Notes: a model not told the origin generated them from the letters alone. DNA of 64,000 nt from Leucoraja ocellata (GCA_036785375.1 JAWMAR010000384.1:186001-250000); one strand, 5' to 3'. Shown: positions 40,364-53,090, counted from the first letter of the stretch. Made by a program: numbers and translations.

Positions 40364-41251
40364 CTATGACTGCACACCTGTACATGGTACTAACACCATC
40401 ATCAAGTATGCAGATGATACAACGGTGATTGGCCTCATCAGCAACAACGATGAGCTGGCCTACAGGGAGGAGGTCCAGCACTTAGCAGCATGGTGCGCTG
40501 ACAACAACCTGGCCCTTAACTCCAAGAAGACCAAGGAGCTCATTGTAGACTTCAGGAAGTCCAGAGGCGGCACGCACACCACCATCCACATTAACGGGAC
40601 GGAGGTGGAACGTGTTTCTAGCTTCAGGTTCCTGGGAGTCAACATCTCCGATGACCTCTCTTGGACCCACAATACCTCTATTCTGATCAAGAAGGCTCAT
40701 CAGCGTCTCTTCTTCCTGAGGAGACTGAAGAAGGTCCATCTGTCTCCTCAGATCCTGGTGAACTTCTACCGCTGCACCATCGAGAGCATCCTTACCAACT
40801 GCATCACAGTGTGGTATGGCAACTGCTCTGTCTCCGACCGGAAGGCATTGCAGAGGGTGGTGAAAATTGCCCAACGCATCACCGGTTCCACGCTCCCCTC
40901 CATTGAGTCTGTCCAAAGCAAGCGCTGTCTGCGGAGGGTGCTCAGCATCGCCAAGGACTGCTCTCACCCCAACCATGGACTGTTTACCCTCCTACCATCC
41001 GGGAGGCGCTACAGGTCTCTCCGTTGCCGAACCAGCAGGTCGAGGAACAGCTTCTTTCCGGCAGCTGTCACTCTACTAAACAACGTACCTCGGTGACTGC
41101 CAATCACCCCCCCCCCCCCGGACACTTATTTTTTTTTTTAATTCAAATCGTTTGCTATGTCGCTCTTCAAGGGAGATGCTAAATGCATTTCGTTGTCTCT
41201 GTACTGTACACTGACAATGACAATTAAAATTGAATCTAAATCTGAATCTGA
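40364..41251 (+). mobile_element. Young 5'-truncated Rex1/Babar-like LINE with an uninterrupted RT C-terminal ORF (40365-41096)
   Basis: IIKYADDTTVIGLI, WCADNNLALN.KKTKELIVDFRK, FRFLGV, HP.H.LF.LLPSGRRYRS; TCTGAA-like tail; TSD ATAGAC at 40358-40363 and 41252-41257; inserted in a short interspersed repeat. Confidence 0.9.
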
Positions 41252-41511
41252 ATAGACGCAAAAAACTGGTGTAAGTTGGCGGGTCAGACATCTCTGGAGC
41301 ATCCCTGGAGAAAAGGAATAGATGACGTTTCCGGTCGAATCCCATTTTCAATCATTTCCAAAAACGGGCACCCAAAATTTACCATTCAAGTTTCTGACAA
41401 TGTGTGGGGTATTGGTGAAATCATAATTAGTATTCGAGGAAAACTTTTTAAATTGTGTACATATGCCAATGCATTTGTTATAACGCCATTGCTGATACGC
41501 TCCTCTCCTAG

Positions 41512-41647
41512 NNNNNNNNNNNNNNNNNNNNNNNNNNNNNNNNNNNNNNNNNNNNNNNNNNNNNNNNNNNNNNNNNNNNNNNNNNNNNNNNNNNNNNNNN
41601 NNNNNNNNNNNNNNNNNNNNNNNNNNNNNNNNNNNNNNNNNNNNNNN
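41512..41647. other. Assembly gap (N run)
   Basis: Run of N. Confidence 0.95.
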
Positions 41648-42042
41648 TTCTCCCCCAACGAACCCGTTCCAGACCCCGAAAAGTTCAGAGTGTTTCAGTG
41701 AAGCTGATCACTGCGAGCTGAGCCACTGTGACGTCATCAGTTGAAGCTGGTCTTTTATAAATTGTTTTAAACTTTAATCAGTAATGTTGAGAAATAAAGC
41801 ATAAAATGTTCAGTGAAGGTGCTCTCTGCCTAGAGGGGAAAAATATGAATCGGAATATGTAAAAATCTTGTGAAAGTTGGCATTTTTTTTAAGCTTTAAT
41901 CACGAATAACGTAAAATATAGGATGAAATATTCAGTGAAGTTGATCACTGCCAGCCGAGCCACTGTGACGCCATCAGCGAAAACTGGTCATTTAAAATTC
42001 AAAGTCTTTTGATGTTTTTAAACTTTTACTTTCAATCAGTAA

Positions 42043-42676
42043 CTAGACCAAGTGCAGACCCGTTGGGTCTGCTCCCCCAATGGTGTGATCCCCCAACCCA
42101 ATATTCCACCATGCACCCGTCTCCTCCAATGGACTGAAGCCGTTCTCAAAAGTAAGATTCCAGCACTGCCCTGCCTCCCTCAGCAGTGGATTAAAAAAAA
42201 AATCCAATGGCAACTACCCTGCCTGCTGCAGCAGTGAAAAGTTCAGAGTGTTCCTGTCTTGCAACATTGTTTCGAAGTGTGTTGGAAGCTGACATGTAAA
42301 TGGAGAAGCCAGTTTATTTTTGAAATACTTGGGGGTGGGGGGGGGGAGAAGGATTTGATTAAAAACGTGTACTTCAACACAACAAAATGTAATGAGGAGC
42401 GGATACTTAGAAAGAAAAGCGAAATCTCTACCGAAATAGAAAAGATCTCGGAGATTGAGCGTCTGGATTAGGCGTGGCAATGAATCAAAGGAAGAAATGC
42501 AGCCGGCAGCAGTACATGCAAATGGATCCATTCCGATTGGACATCTGCGAGCATCGGCCATTCCGATTGGACATCTGCGAGTATCGGGCATGAATTGAAA
42601 GGCAGGAAGGGCGCTGGACGGCAGTCGGTCAGATGGCCCCAGAGTTTTATAGATATATAAAAGATAGATAGATAGA
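42043..42676 (-). mobile_element. Non-autonomous Helitron, same family as 26431-27016
   Basis: Minus strand: A|TCTATC... to the same hairpin and CTAG|T; shares the internal 30-bp tandem duplication (gcagatgtccaatcggaatgg). Confidence 0.9.
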
Positions 42677-43749
42677 TGAAGCAGAAACAGTGCAAAAATG
42701 TTTCAACCCTATTTTGAATTAGATATCCACATTTGGAGCAATGTAATGCAAACGATCATGGTTACATTTGTCTATTGAGCTATAGCAGTTTATTTGTTAC
42801 ACGCTTTCGCTCTTCATATGTGATTTCTGCATTGGCATTCCTCCTTCATTTTGTGTTTTCGTACTGAATGTTAGACATCGCGAAATCATGATTCGCCACA
42901 GTGTGCAGAGTTTAATAACTTGGGCTCACAGCCCAACAATTAGTGTGCTAAGATTCTATTTAGTATTGATTAGAATTATGTGTCTGAAGTTCCTGGGAAA
43001 GCTGAACATAGACAAATGATTTGAAGCATCCAAGGGGGGCATTGAGACAGAGACATTGACAATCCTGTTCTTTTTGATACATTGCAGGAAAGCATCAGAC
43101 TGTGCAACAAACCTACTAACCCGGCATCTTTAGGAGCACACATTGTGTATTACAGGAGCGCTAATATTTTCGATATGTCCAAGTACAGTGCCATTTGCGG
43201 AGGTTAATTTGAAACCAATTGTATTTTCAAGAAGGGAAGCACAGCAATATTGGAATGTTGGTAAAGCATGTTAATCCTTATCCTTCCAGAATTTTGGTTG
43301 ATTAACGTGGCACTGTGAAACATCGTATCAATCAAATCATGATCAGCAGTATGGGTAGTTTTTGGAAGTCTTGCAATCATTTGAGAATAAACTTGAGAAT
43401 CTGTTCTATTGTTGCAAAATCTCACAGAAAATATAGAAACACTTTTTAGCCCCATGTAGCATCTACCTATGTAATCGAACATGGTGGATATCAGTTTTTA
43501 CCAAGCCATATATTCATCAGATATCATCTACTATCCTTATAAGACGATTTTTGTACAGTTGGCTTAGTTGTTCAATTTTTTATTGCTATCTTCATCATAT
43601 TTTTCATTTGATTTGATCCCCAGTATTGTGTTTAATGCAATGTTTTGCTTGTTGCTTTCCTTTCTTTATCTCCCCCATCCTTCATAATGTATTTCCTTGT
43701 TTGCTTGCATTCATCAGATGCTTCGGTGGTTTTCAGCGATCATCTAGAC

Positions 43750-44121
43750 CAGGGGTGGGGAATCTGTGGCCTTAAGGCCGCATGCGGCCTTCTAAGCCAT
43801 TAAGCGCGGCCTTTAGAATGAATTCAAATTTTGTAAAACAAATATTTTTATTATTGTTAATATGTTTTTGTTCATCTTTTATTATTTTAATTTAAATCTT
43901 AAAATGAACATATTTAAAATACCAAAGAGTAAAAGAAGTTTCAACGAAATAATCCTCCCCGACTGACGGCCACAATTAAAGCATTAGTAAGTCATGAGGG
44001 CTATTTTAACAAAATAATGTACATTTTGAAGCATATCTAATTGAAGTTTCTTGGATGCGGCCTTATTAGATTACAGCTAACTTAATGCGGCCTTCCACCA
44101 TGAAAAGGTTCCCCACCCCTG
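43750..44121. mobile_element. hAT (Charlie-like) MITE, 372 bp
   Basis: TIR CAGGGGTGGGGAA / TTCCCCACCCCTG; perfect 8-bp TSD ATCTAGAC at 43742-43749 and 44122-44129. Confidence 0.92.
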
Positions 44122-46119
44122 ATCTAGACATTCTGCTGAATTATGCTCAATGGTATTTACAAATGTCCACAATTTAATTGTTCCTGACATTGCCGTGCCA
44201 TGTAAACTGTTATTGACATACTTTGACAGGAATTAGTTTCAGCGACTTATTGCTGTAAGTGTGGAAGGGTGTCGTCTGATTTGAATCAGAAATAGTCTTG
44301 CTGTAATTTGAACATTCTGCATATATCCAGATTTCTTACATGTACTTGGCTTCTTTCCATCTTTCCAATGGATTCATAATAAAAACATTGGTTAGATTAA
44401 TTCCTTGTACTTTTCGCTGTCATTCAACAAATATACGTCATGTGCCTTGCAAGGCTAATGCTGTTTATCTTTCTTGAGCCCCAGTGTCCAAACCTGACAG
44501 CAGTTATCCATTTGCAGCATCAGACACTGTGTACATAGGAGAATTAGTTCTTCATTGTTACGTCATCCTCTTGTCGTAAAGCTCAAAATTCTACTCAAGG
44601 TTTGAATCAGCTTTCATTCATGCATGAACTTCTATATAGCGTTTGCTGCCTTTCGCACAATCTGCAAGGCCTATATATGTTCTTCATTATTCTAATCTTT
44701 CGGTAATCAAGTTCTGAACAATAATGTGTCAACTTTCACAAACACTTGGGGGTTTAGAATAGCTAGGATTTTGAAATGCATTTCAGGGATTTATCACCAA
44801 GATATTTACATCGATGAGATGAGACGAATCAAGGAAGACAGAAAACATGCCCTGGAAAATATTAGCGTATTATTCTAATGTGATAATCTTTGGAGCGAGA
44901 AGCTTCATCAGATCCTGTACATGAACTTTATTTTTCTCTCCATGGAAGTTGCTTGATAGCAGAGTTTCTGAATAGTCCTAATCCATTTTTGTATCATCTT
45001 ATGCCCTTACTTGCCAGATACGTGCCTATTCTCCACCTATCTGCATTCGCATGTAGCCTCCCTTTGTCATCTTCAGAGCTTTGGCTGATTAGACAGCAAG
45101 CTTAAAAACATAATGTAGGTGCCTTATCCGAATCACCTATGTAAACTAATTGACTGCACACCATTATAACTGAAGAAAATGGACAATCGTCTACATTATA
45201 ATACAATTGGGAGAATTAACTAACTGGACGAGTTCACAGATTTGATTTTAGCAGGAAAAGAAAAATTCATGTCCGCGGGTTGACATTTGACATTTGAAAG
45301 GGCTGTGGCACGAAATTTAATATTTACAATCACAGTTCACGTTGTCACATTTAGTCGTATCTGGTCAATAACGCGATGAGCTAAAGGAGCCTACAATAAT
45401 ACCCACTATATGCCCACTAAGAATGGAAAAACTTACATGTTTCCTTTTCCAATTTAAAACAATCCTTTACTCAATTATCTCTGGATCCTTCATCCTCATC
45501 TGTAATAAGTGCCACGACGCTTGCCATTCTGATCGGACAATACTGGTGGTCTCTGCTGCTTTCCTTCATCCCATTAAACCAAACTTCCTCTCCTTTTCAT
45601 CTCTAGCCTTTGCTAAATTTGGACCCCGTCCACCTAAGCCTCCTGGGTCTCCCAGTTGCAAAATAATTATGCTCCATCTCCAGGTCCTTTACTGATGTTT
45701 CTGTCCTGGGCCTCCTGTATTTCCAGGGTGAACAGGCAAAATGGCAGAACTGCGCCTCATATTCCACTTGGGGTTGCTTGCAACCTAACGGAAGATAGAC
45801 ACAAAAGCTATAGTAACTCAGCAGGTCAGACATCATCTCTGAGGAAAAGGGGTGTCGGGTCAAGACCTTTCTTCAGACTGAGAGTCAGGGGAAAGGGAAA
45901 CTAGAAAGATAGACGATGATACTGGAGGTTTTTGTCAGTCTCCCTACCTGCTTCCACGACCTGCAACCTCCGGCAACCACCTGCAAAGTCTCCAGAGGTT
46001 TCCGTTCAGGTTTGCTAAATGGGACAGGGGCATTACAGACAGTGAAACTCACCAGGAAGACAGTGAAACTAGTACAGCAACTGGGTTGGGGGTATGAATT
46101 GTCCAATTTTGAGTTATCC

Positions 46120-46365
46120 CTTACTTTTTTCACCCAGAGAGTTGTGAATTTGTGGAATTCCCTCCCACAGAACCAGTGGAGGCCAAGGCACTGGATGGAT
46201 TTAAGAGAGAGTTGGGTAGAGCTCTAGCGGCTAGTGTAGTCAAGGGATATGGGGAGAAGGCAGGCGCGGGTTATTGATAGGGGACGATCAGCCATGATCA
46301 CAATGAATGGTGGTGCTGGCTCGAAGGGCCGAATGGCCTCATCCTGCACCAATTTTCCATGTTTC
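46120..46365 (+). mobile_element. CR1 3' end fragment
   Basis: FFTQRVVNLWNSLPQ plus CR1 tail. Confidence 0.8.
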
Positions 46366-47544
46366 AGTGTTTCTATGCTTCTATAACTTTGCTCTCGTGT
46401 CTGGCGGTTTCGCGCAAATGTTCTGAAATGTAACTGATGTAATATGCCTTTGTGCCATTGGATGGAAATGTTATACCATTTACACATGTTGTTGTATCGT
46501 GAGCGACCAGAGGGAAATTTGCATTAGTACTTGACATTAGTTGCATGATAAAGTCATTGTGTGGCTCTGCCAAAAAAACTGTTTCGTTCAAATAATTGCC
46601 CTGGATTTTCCTGAATGCGGTTTGACTCTGATCTTTAATGCTTGTCATCTCCATCGATAGAGTGAGTGCACCTTCTGAAAAGAAGACGAGTGCGGTGCCT
46701 GATTGCAAAGAAAGTCTGCTGATGTAATACATCTGAAATAGTAATGGCACATATCGACTAAGGCAGAATCTATGGAGAAAGCGACAGGGTTAATGGTTTA
46801 CGCTGATGATCTTTCGCCAAAACTTAAAAAAAAGAAAACACACATATTTTGAATTGCAGCAAAGTGGGTTGAGGGGGGGATATCAGTAAAATATGTGGAA
46901 CGGGGAGGGGACCAGGAGATATGGATGAGGCTGATATGTGTCGATGAAAATAAAGTGAAGAAGCCTTGCGAGGGGCGACAGACCTACTGGAGGAAGTTTA
47001 AATAGTCATAGAAAGTTACAAGGCAGAAGCACCACCGAATCTGCCTTAGTCCACATCCACCTATTTAGACTAATGTACATGAATCCGATTTCTGTTCGCT
47101 CCACATTCTCAACTGTACATATGAGTACATAGGAGGAGAATGAACTTCAAAATTGTGTAAAATCATGATTATACAGAGGCCGGAATCTATCTACTTCCGC
47201 CTTCCAAAATATATGGAAGAAATTGAGAGGGAAACCAACGCCTCATCCCTGACAGGAATGGATGCCACCTCCCCCCCCCCATCCCCCCATCCCACCCTCC
47301 ATTAATATTAAGCAGTATCCTGACCTCTAGATACAGTATTTCTAAATTTAAAGGAGATGTGCGGAGCAATGTTTATACGCAGAGGGTGGTAAGTGCTTGG
47401 AACGCGCAGTCGTGGGTAGTGAAGTCATGAAGTAGATACATTAGTGGCGTTTAAAATGACTTTTGTGTAGGCGTATTGACATGCAGGGAATGGAGGGATA
47501 TCGATTATATGCAGGCAGATAATGGTTGGCCATGGCATCTAGTT

Positions 47545-48586
47545 GTAGCAATGTTACAAAATTTTGAGATTTAAAAAATCAAGTCTGCAATTTATCCCAT
47601 CAGATAAAGCATAACAATAAGTTTAATTTGACACCTAATTCACTTTCATATCTCAAGTAATAAAAAAGTTATGGCCATTTTCATACTCGGAAATTAGCAT
47701 CTTGTTCCCTATTGATTTTCTATGGACATAACAAAAAAGCTGTGATCGTGGACAGTCAAAAGCACATAACCTTCTTAAAAATTAAGAGAACTGAATGAAA
47801 TTTTCAGTTATCATAAATTGAACCATTCTGAAACAAATATAAAATAATCTAACTTGGATGACCTGAAATTAAAGCATATAATTAGTTAGTTACCCAATTG
47901 TAGCTAATTTCAAACTTCAATTTACTAGATCTAAACATCTATCCATTTCTTAATAAATGATTAACATTTTTAAATAGCCCTAGTGTCCAAATAATATTCA
48001 CAAATAATTCACAATAAAACATGATTTTTAAATCTCATTTACATCGATTTATAGGCCAAATGGAAGGAATTTAGTGTTCAATTGCTGTAAATTAAAGTCA
48101 ATTTAAATCGGCTTTCTAGTGGGTTCCTGTGAACGCGCTGGTTTAGAACGTTCACATTGCGCTGGATTTGTGCCCTCAAATGCCCAGAAAAATACTGCGG
48201 GATATAAAGAGCCCAAAATGAGCTACTCGCTATAGAAAACTTTATATACAGGGTTATATACAAGCCCCATTTAATGTAAAAATAAGGTACATACCTTTAA
48301 TTGTTTGCTTTATAAAACCCTGGGGCTGCGAGAGGTTGCGGAGTGAGAGAGTGATTTTTAAACTACTCTAACTATTTTACAAGGCAATAAAAACTAATAA
48401 TACCTTTTGCGAAGGGATCTTTCAGCGATTTTCCGTTAATGATTTACTAGGCTGAACATTTTCGATTGCAACAGCCTAGTAAAAATCGCGTTTTAAACCC
48501 GCCCCCTCTAAACAGCGCCAAAATCACACACAAGGGGTGGGGCAGATGCTCAGCCACGATTCAGGTAGGTTTTGTAACATACCTAC
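47545..48586. mobile_element. Non-autonomous TIR DNA transposon, ~1.04 kb, superfamily unassigned
   Basis: 17-bp TIRs GTAGCAATGTTACAAAA and TTTTGTAACATACCTAC (15/17 match); flanking direct repeat TAGTT at 47540-47544 and 48587-48591; interrupts a CR1 tail. Confidence 0.8.
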
Positions 48587-48602
48587 TAGTTGGTGGGCTG
48601 AG

Positions 48603-49570
48603 TATTGTATTGTATTCAAATTTATTGTCATTGTCTCAATTTGAGACAACAAAATGAATTTCCCTTACAGGCAGTATCATTAAAAAAAAAAAAATCACAA
48701 AGAAATAATAAAAATAAATAATAAATAAATAATAAAACATATTAAAAATAAAATTGAAATTGAATTAAAATTTAAAAAAAAGCACAAACACAGAAAGTCC
48801 ACGACACAACATAACATATATGGCACCCAGGTGAGGAAGGCACCATAGTCCAGCCAGCCTCCCCTCCGTGTTCATCCGTGGTCGGGGCCTTCCGAGCACC
48901 CGCAGTCGCCGCCCCGGATGGCCCGATGTTCAGGCCCTCACGCCGGGCTGGTGGAACGCCGACGCCGAACCCCGACGGTGAGCATCTTCCTCCTCAGCGG
49001 CCCGGACCTCCTGATCAGCCGCCTCCCGCTGCCGGAGTCTGCAGCTCCCGATTCCACAGGCCGAGCCGGGCAGAGTCGCAGGACCCCGCGTTGTTAGTCA
49101 GCGCCGCCCGCGTTGGGAGCTCCGCAAACCGCAGCTCCATGATGTTGGTGCAGCAGGTCCAGCACTCCGGGCTCCAGACGGCGACCCCCGGTAAGGCATC
49201 GCCAGCCCCGCGATGTTCCAGCGCTGTCCCGCCGCTGCTGGAGCTCCGGTCGATCCTGGCAGGAAAGGCCGCGCCAATCCAGGTAGGTAGGCCGCTGTGG
49301 GGGGAGGGGGGGGGGGGGGGGGGGGCGAGGACGCGACTCGAATAATAGTCGCGTCCTCACCAGGAAGCGGCTGAAGTACGGTATCCCCCGCACCGTGCCC
49401 TCTTCCCCCACATAAAAACACCAAAAAAACACAAAAAAATACACTTTTACATAACTAAATAAACAAAAAAACAAAAAGATACCGGGCTGTAGGTGGAGGC
49501 TGCTGGCACCAGCGCCACCGGAAGTACAATACTTTGTTGGTGGGCTGAGGGGGTTGCGAGGAGCCCGCAA
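48603..49570 (-). mobile_element. GC-rich non-autonomous retroelement with a Rex1-type 3' tail
   Basis: 16-bp TSD TAGTTGGTGGGCTGAG (48587-48602, 49571-49586); minus-strand end ...ttgtctc..gacaatgacaataaatttgaa(tacaa)n. Confidence 0.8.
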
Positions 49571-51132
49571 TAGTTGGTGGGCTGAGGGGCCTCTTCCTGT
49601 GCCATAGTGTTCTTAATAATATGTTCTATCAAGACTCCTCAAGATTTTACGTTTCATTCAAATCCCCTCGCGATCTTCTAAATTCCAGCAGGTGTAAACC
49701 TAGCCCGTCCAGTCTCCCGTAATAATCCTGCTTGTTTCAGATTATCCCCAGATTGCACTCAAGGCATTAATAACATTACTTCAAAAATGATACTAATACT
49801 AAGTAGTATACTAAAGGTATGATTGCGGCAATTGTCAACTACTGAAAAGCACATCCTTCTATTTTCATTCAATCGCCCAGCAAAGAAAAATAGCATTGTG
49901 TTAATTTTTTTAATTACTTGGTACCCGCATTATATGCTTTGGGGTATCATGGACATCCCTAATGGTTTACACAGCATAATTATATATTGAATAGAGAGGA
50001 GACAAGATGGTGCAGTATTGTTTGGTGATCCCGGTGTGGGCCGGTGGTGCAAAAGAGATTGAACAGCGCACATCGAAACAGGAAAGTGTTCACTTTATAG
50101 AGACTGAAGAGAGTCCTTTTGGTGGAATTTAAGGGGAACTCAAAGTGCTGGAGGAACTCAGTGGGGCAGGCTACTTCTGAGGAATGAAATTGACAGATAA
50201 CAGTTCGGATCAGGACCCCTGTTCAAATGGATGTTATGGATAGCATCAGAAGAGGAAGAAGCATAAATGGGAGGTAAAAAATGGAGTCAAAGAAGGAAAT
50301 TGATCGAAAGCCAGCTAAAATAAAACGCCCACATAATTGAGACGGTGAAAGAATGATTTCCCGAATAAACCAAACGCCATGGATCTGAAAAGTCACATCT
50401 ACTTCTGTGGTCATAGGTGCCATCTGACCTACTAACTGTTTCCAGACTTTACTGTTTATTTCCGATATACAGCTTTTTCATTCATAATTACGTGTTTCTT
50501 GCAGAATTTAACTGGATTAAATGAAGGAATCATAATAATTTCCATTCATAAACTTCACTGAAATAAATTGCAAAACCCGCCTCCAGATGTGTCATCTATT
50601 ACAACTGTAAAAAAACTCACTACATCCGAAAGTCTCCAATATTTTTTAATAATCATATGATATTAAAGGAAACACGCAATGAAACATTTTACTCAAATGG
50701 ATCAGTTGGCGTTCCTGTGCTGCGTTTTCTCAGAGCGGATTACTCTCTGAATGTAAATGCAGCCAAATGTCCAGCGACGGAGCGCAAAGCTAACATGGTT
50801 GGTGGAACTTGGTGGTGTAGTTTGTGACTTCCGCATACAATCTAACGTCCGAAAACGTCACGGAACTGATCAGCATCGATATCAACCATTTAGCCAGTAC
50901 CAATTCAAGGACAAGATGCGTTGAACTGAAAGAGTACCATTCCAAGTCACGCGTGCCTTCTGTTTTCATTCAATCGCCCAGCAAAGAAAAATAGCATTGT
51001 GTTAACGTTTTTAATTACTTGGTACCCGCATTATATTCTTTGGTGTATCATGGACATCCTCTAACCGTTTACAAACAATAGTTATATATTGAATAGAGTC
51101 TAAGGAGACAAGATGGTGCAGTATTGTTTGGT

Positions 51133-51790
51133 CAAGAAAGCGAATGGTATGTTAGCATTCATGGCAAAAGGATTTGAGTATAGGAGGAGGGAGGTTCTAT
51201 TGCAGTTGTACAGGGTCTTGGTGAGACCACACCTGGAGTATCGCGTACAGTTTTGGTCTCGTAATCTGAGGAAATACATTCTTGCCATAGAGGGAGTACA
51301 GAGAAGGTTCGCCAGACTGATTCCTGGGATGGCAGGACTTTCATATGAAGAAAGACTGGATAGACTCGGCTTGTACTAGCTAGAATTTAGAAGATTGAGG
51401 GGGGATCTTATAGAAACGTACAAAATTCTTAAGGGGTTAGACATGCTAGATGCAGGAAGATTATTCCCGATGTTGGGGAAGTCCAGAACAAGGGGGTCAC
51501 AGTTTAAGGATAAGGGGGAAGTCTTTTAGGACCGAAATGAGAACATCATTTTTTACACAGAGAGTGGTGAATCTGTGGAATTCTCTGCCACAGAAGGTAG
51601 TTGAGGCCAGTTCGTTGGTTATATTTAAGAGGGAGTTAGATGTGGCCCTTGTGGCTAAAGGGATCAGGGGGTATGGAGAGAAGGCAGGTACAGGATACTG
51701 AGTTGGATGATCAGCCATGATCATATTGAATAGCGGTGCAGGCTCGAAGGCCGAATGGCCTACTCCTGCACCTATTTTCTATGTTTTCCA
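51133..51790 (+). mobile_element. CR1 LINE 3' fragment
   Basis: KKANGMLAF..LYRVLVRPHLEY..QRRFARLIPGM..QRVVNLWNSLP plus tail. Confidence 0.9.
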
Positions 51791-53056
51791 TGTGCCTATC
51801 CATTCCTCAGAATGACCTCACGGGCCAGACTTGTTTAAGAAATAGTTAGACATGTACATTGATCGGACAGGTTTGGAGGGATATGGACCAAGCACAGGCA
51901 AGTGGGACTAGTGTAGCTGAGGCCTTGTTAGCTGGTGTGGGCAAGTTGGGCCGAAGGGCCTGTTTCCACACTGTAGCCCTCTATGACTCTATGACTCAGT
52001 TTTCTAAACTCTGTAATTTCTCGACAATGATCTCAGCCAACCCAATTGTGCCAATTTAACTCCAAAGTTTCCAAGTGTCCTTATTTTCTGATTTGTTGTT
52101 TTACCCATTCAGAAATATGTTTCACTATATTATCGCCCACAATGACACATCCTTCAATGGGCCTTTTGTTTTGTCAAATGCGTTTCAAGGATTTATCGTG
52201 TTTTCATGTAATTGTGCAAAACGCAATTGTCTTTCACATATCTTCATTGCAATGATACTCCGCGTCTTCTTTTCCCTTCTCCATCAATCTGCCCCGAACA
52301 TTTCGAGTTGACAATTGAAGTATTAATGCTTTCAGTCCTATGTCGATGAATACGGAAATTGCGGGAGCGTCCTCTGAATTGTTAGCTCGTCACACAGTAT
52401 TATAACCTACAAATATACATATACACATTGAGAGCTGTTTTGGAGCTTAAACTCTCCAAGCACAAAGTATATGGTGATTTGCCGCAAAGCTTATGCGGTG
52501 CCATCGAAAACCTGCACGATTCATAGCATGTTATCTGTATGGGTAACAACAGCAAAGAAAATAATGGTTTATAAAGTTTCCACAAATTAAGGCTAAAATT
52601 AATTTCAAAAATCTTCGTAAAATCTTCAACGTTTTTTTTCACTCCTTCCAGCTCGGAATCAAAAATACGAAGTTGAAAATTGGAAATCTGAAACAAAAAC
52701 AGTATATGGAGGTGACACTCGGTAGCATCTGTGAAGAGCTGGTTTCTTTGGTTTTGGTGAAGCTTTATTGCCTTAACAAAAGGTCACGTCCTTTTTCCCT
52801 TCACGTGTATTCTCTGAGGTGTTGAGCATCCCTAGTATTTTCTGTTTCTGCACAAAATATATCTGCCTGCCTAACAACTGACTACAAAGCAGTTCCTACA
52901 TCTGGCCATGCAGTTTGCTATTCTTCTGTTCTCCTTTATGATTCTAGCGACCCCCCCCCCCCCCCCCCCCCACCCTCCGCCCTCTACCCTACGCCCAAGC
53001 ACAGAGAAAAGCCCGATGATTTGCCAATATCACTCTACAATGATCCAGTAATTCGA

Positions 53057-53090
53057 TGTCACGTGGATACAGATTTGCATAAATAATTAA
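53057..53090 (+). promoter_or_regulatory. Ig light-chain promoter, cluster 4 (CACGTG 53060-53065, ATTTGCAT 53073-53080)
   Basis: Octamer and E-box at the same 7-nt spacing as clusters 1-3, although the flanks are diverged. Confidence 0.85.

Noticed and set aside
48878-49570. GC-rich ORFs and apparent CpG island
   Set aside because: They lie wholly within a TSD-flanked retroelement; open frames are expected from the high GC content.
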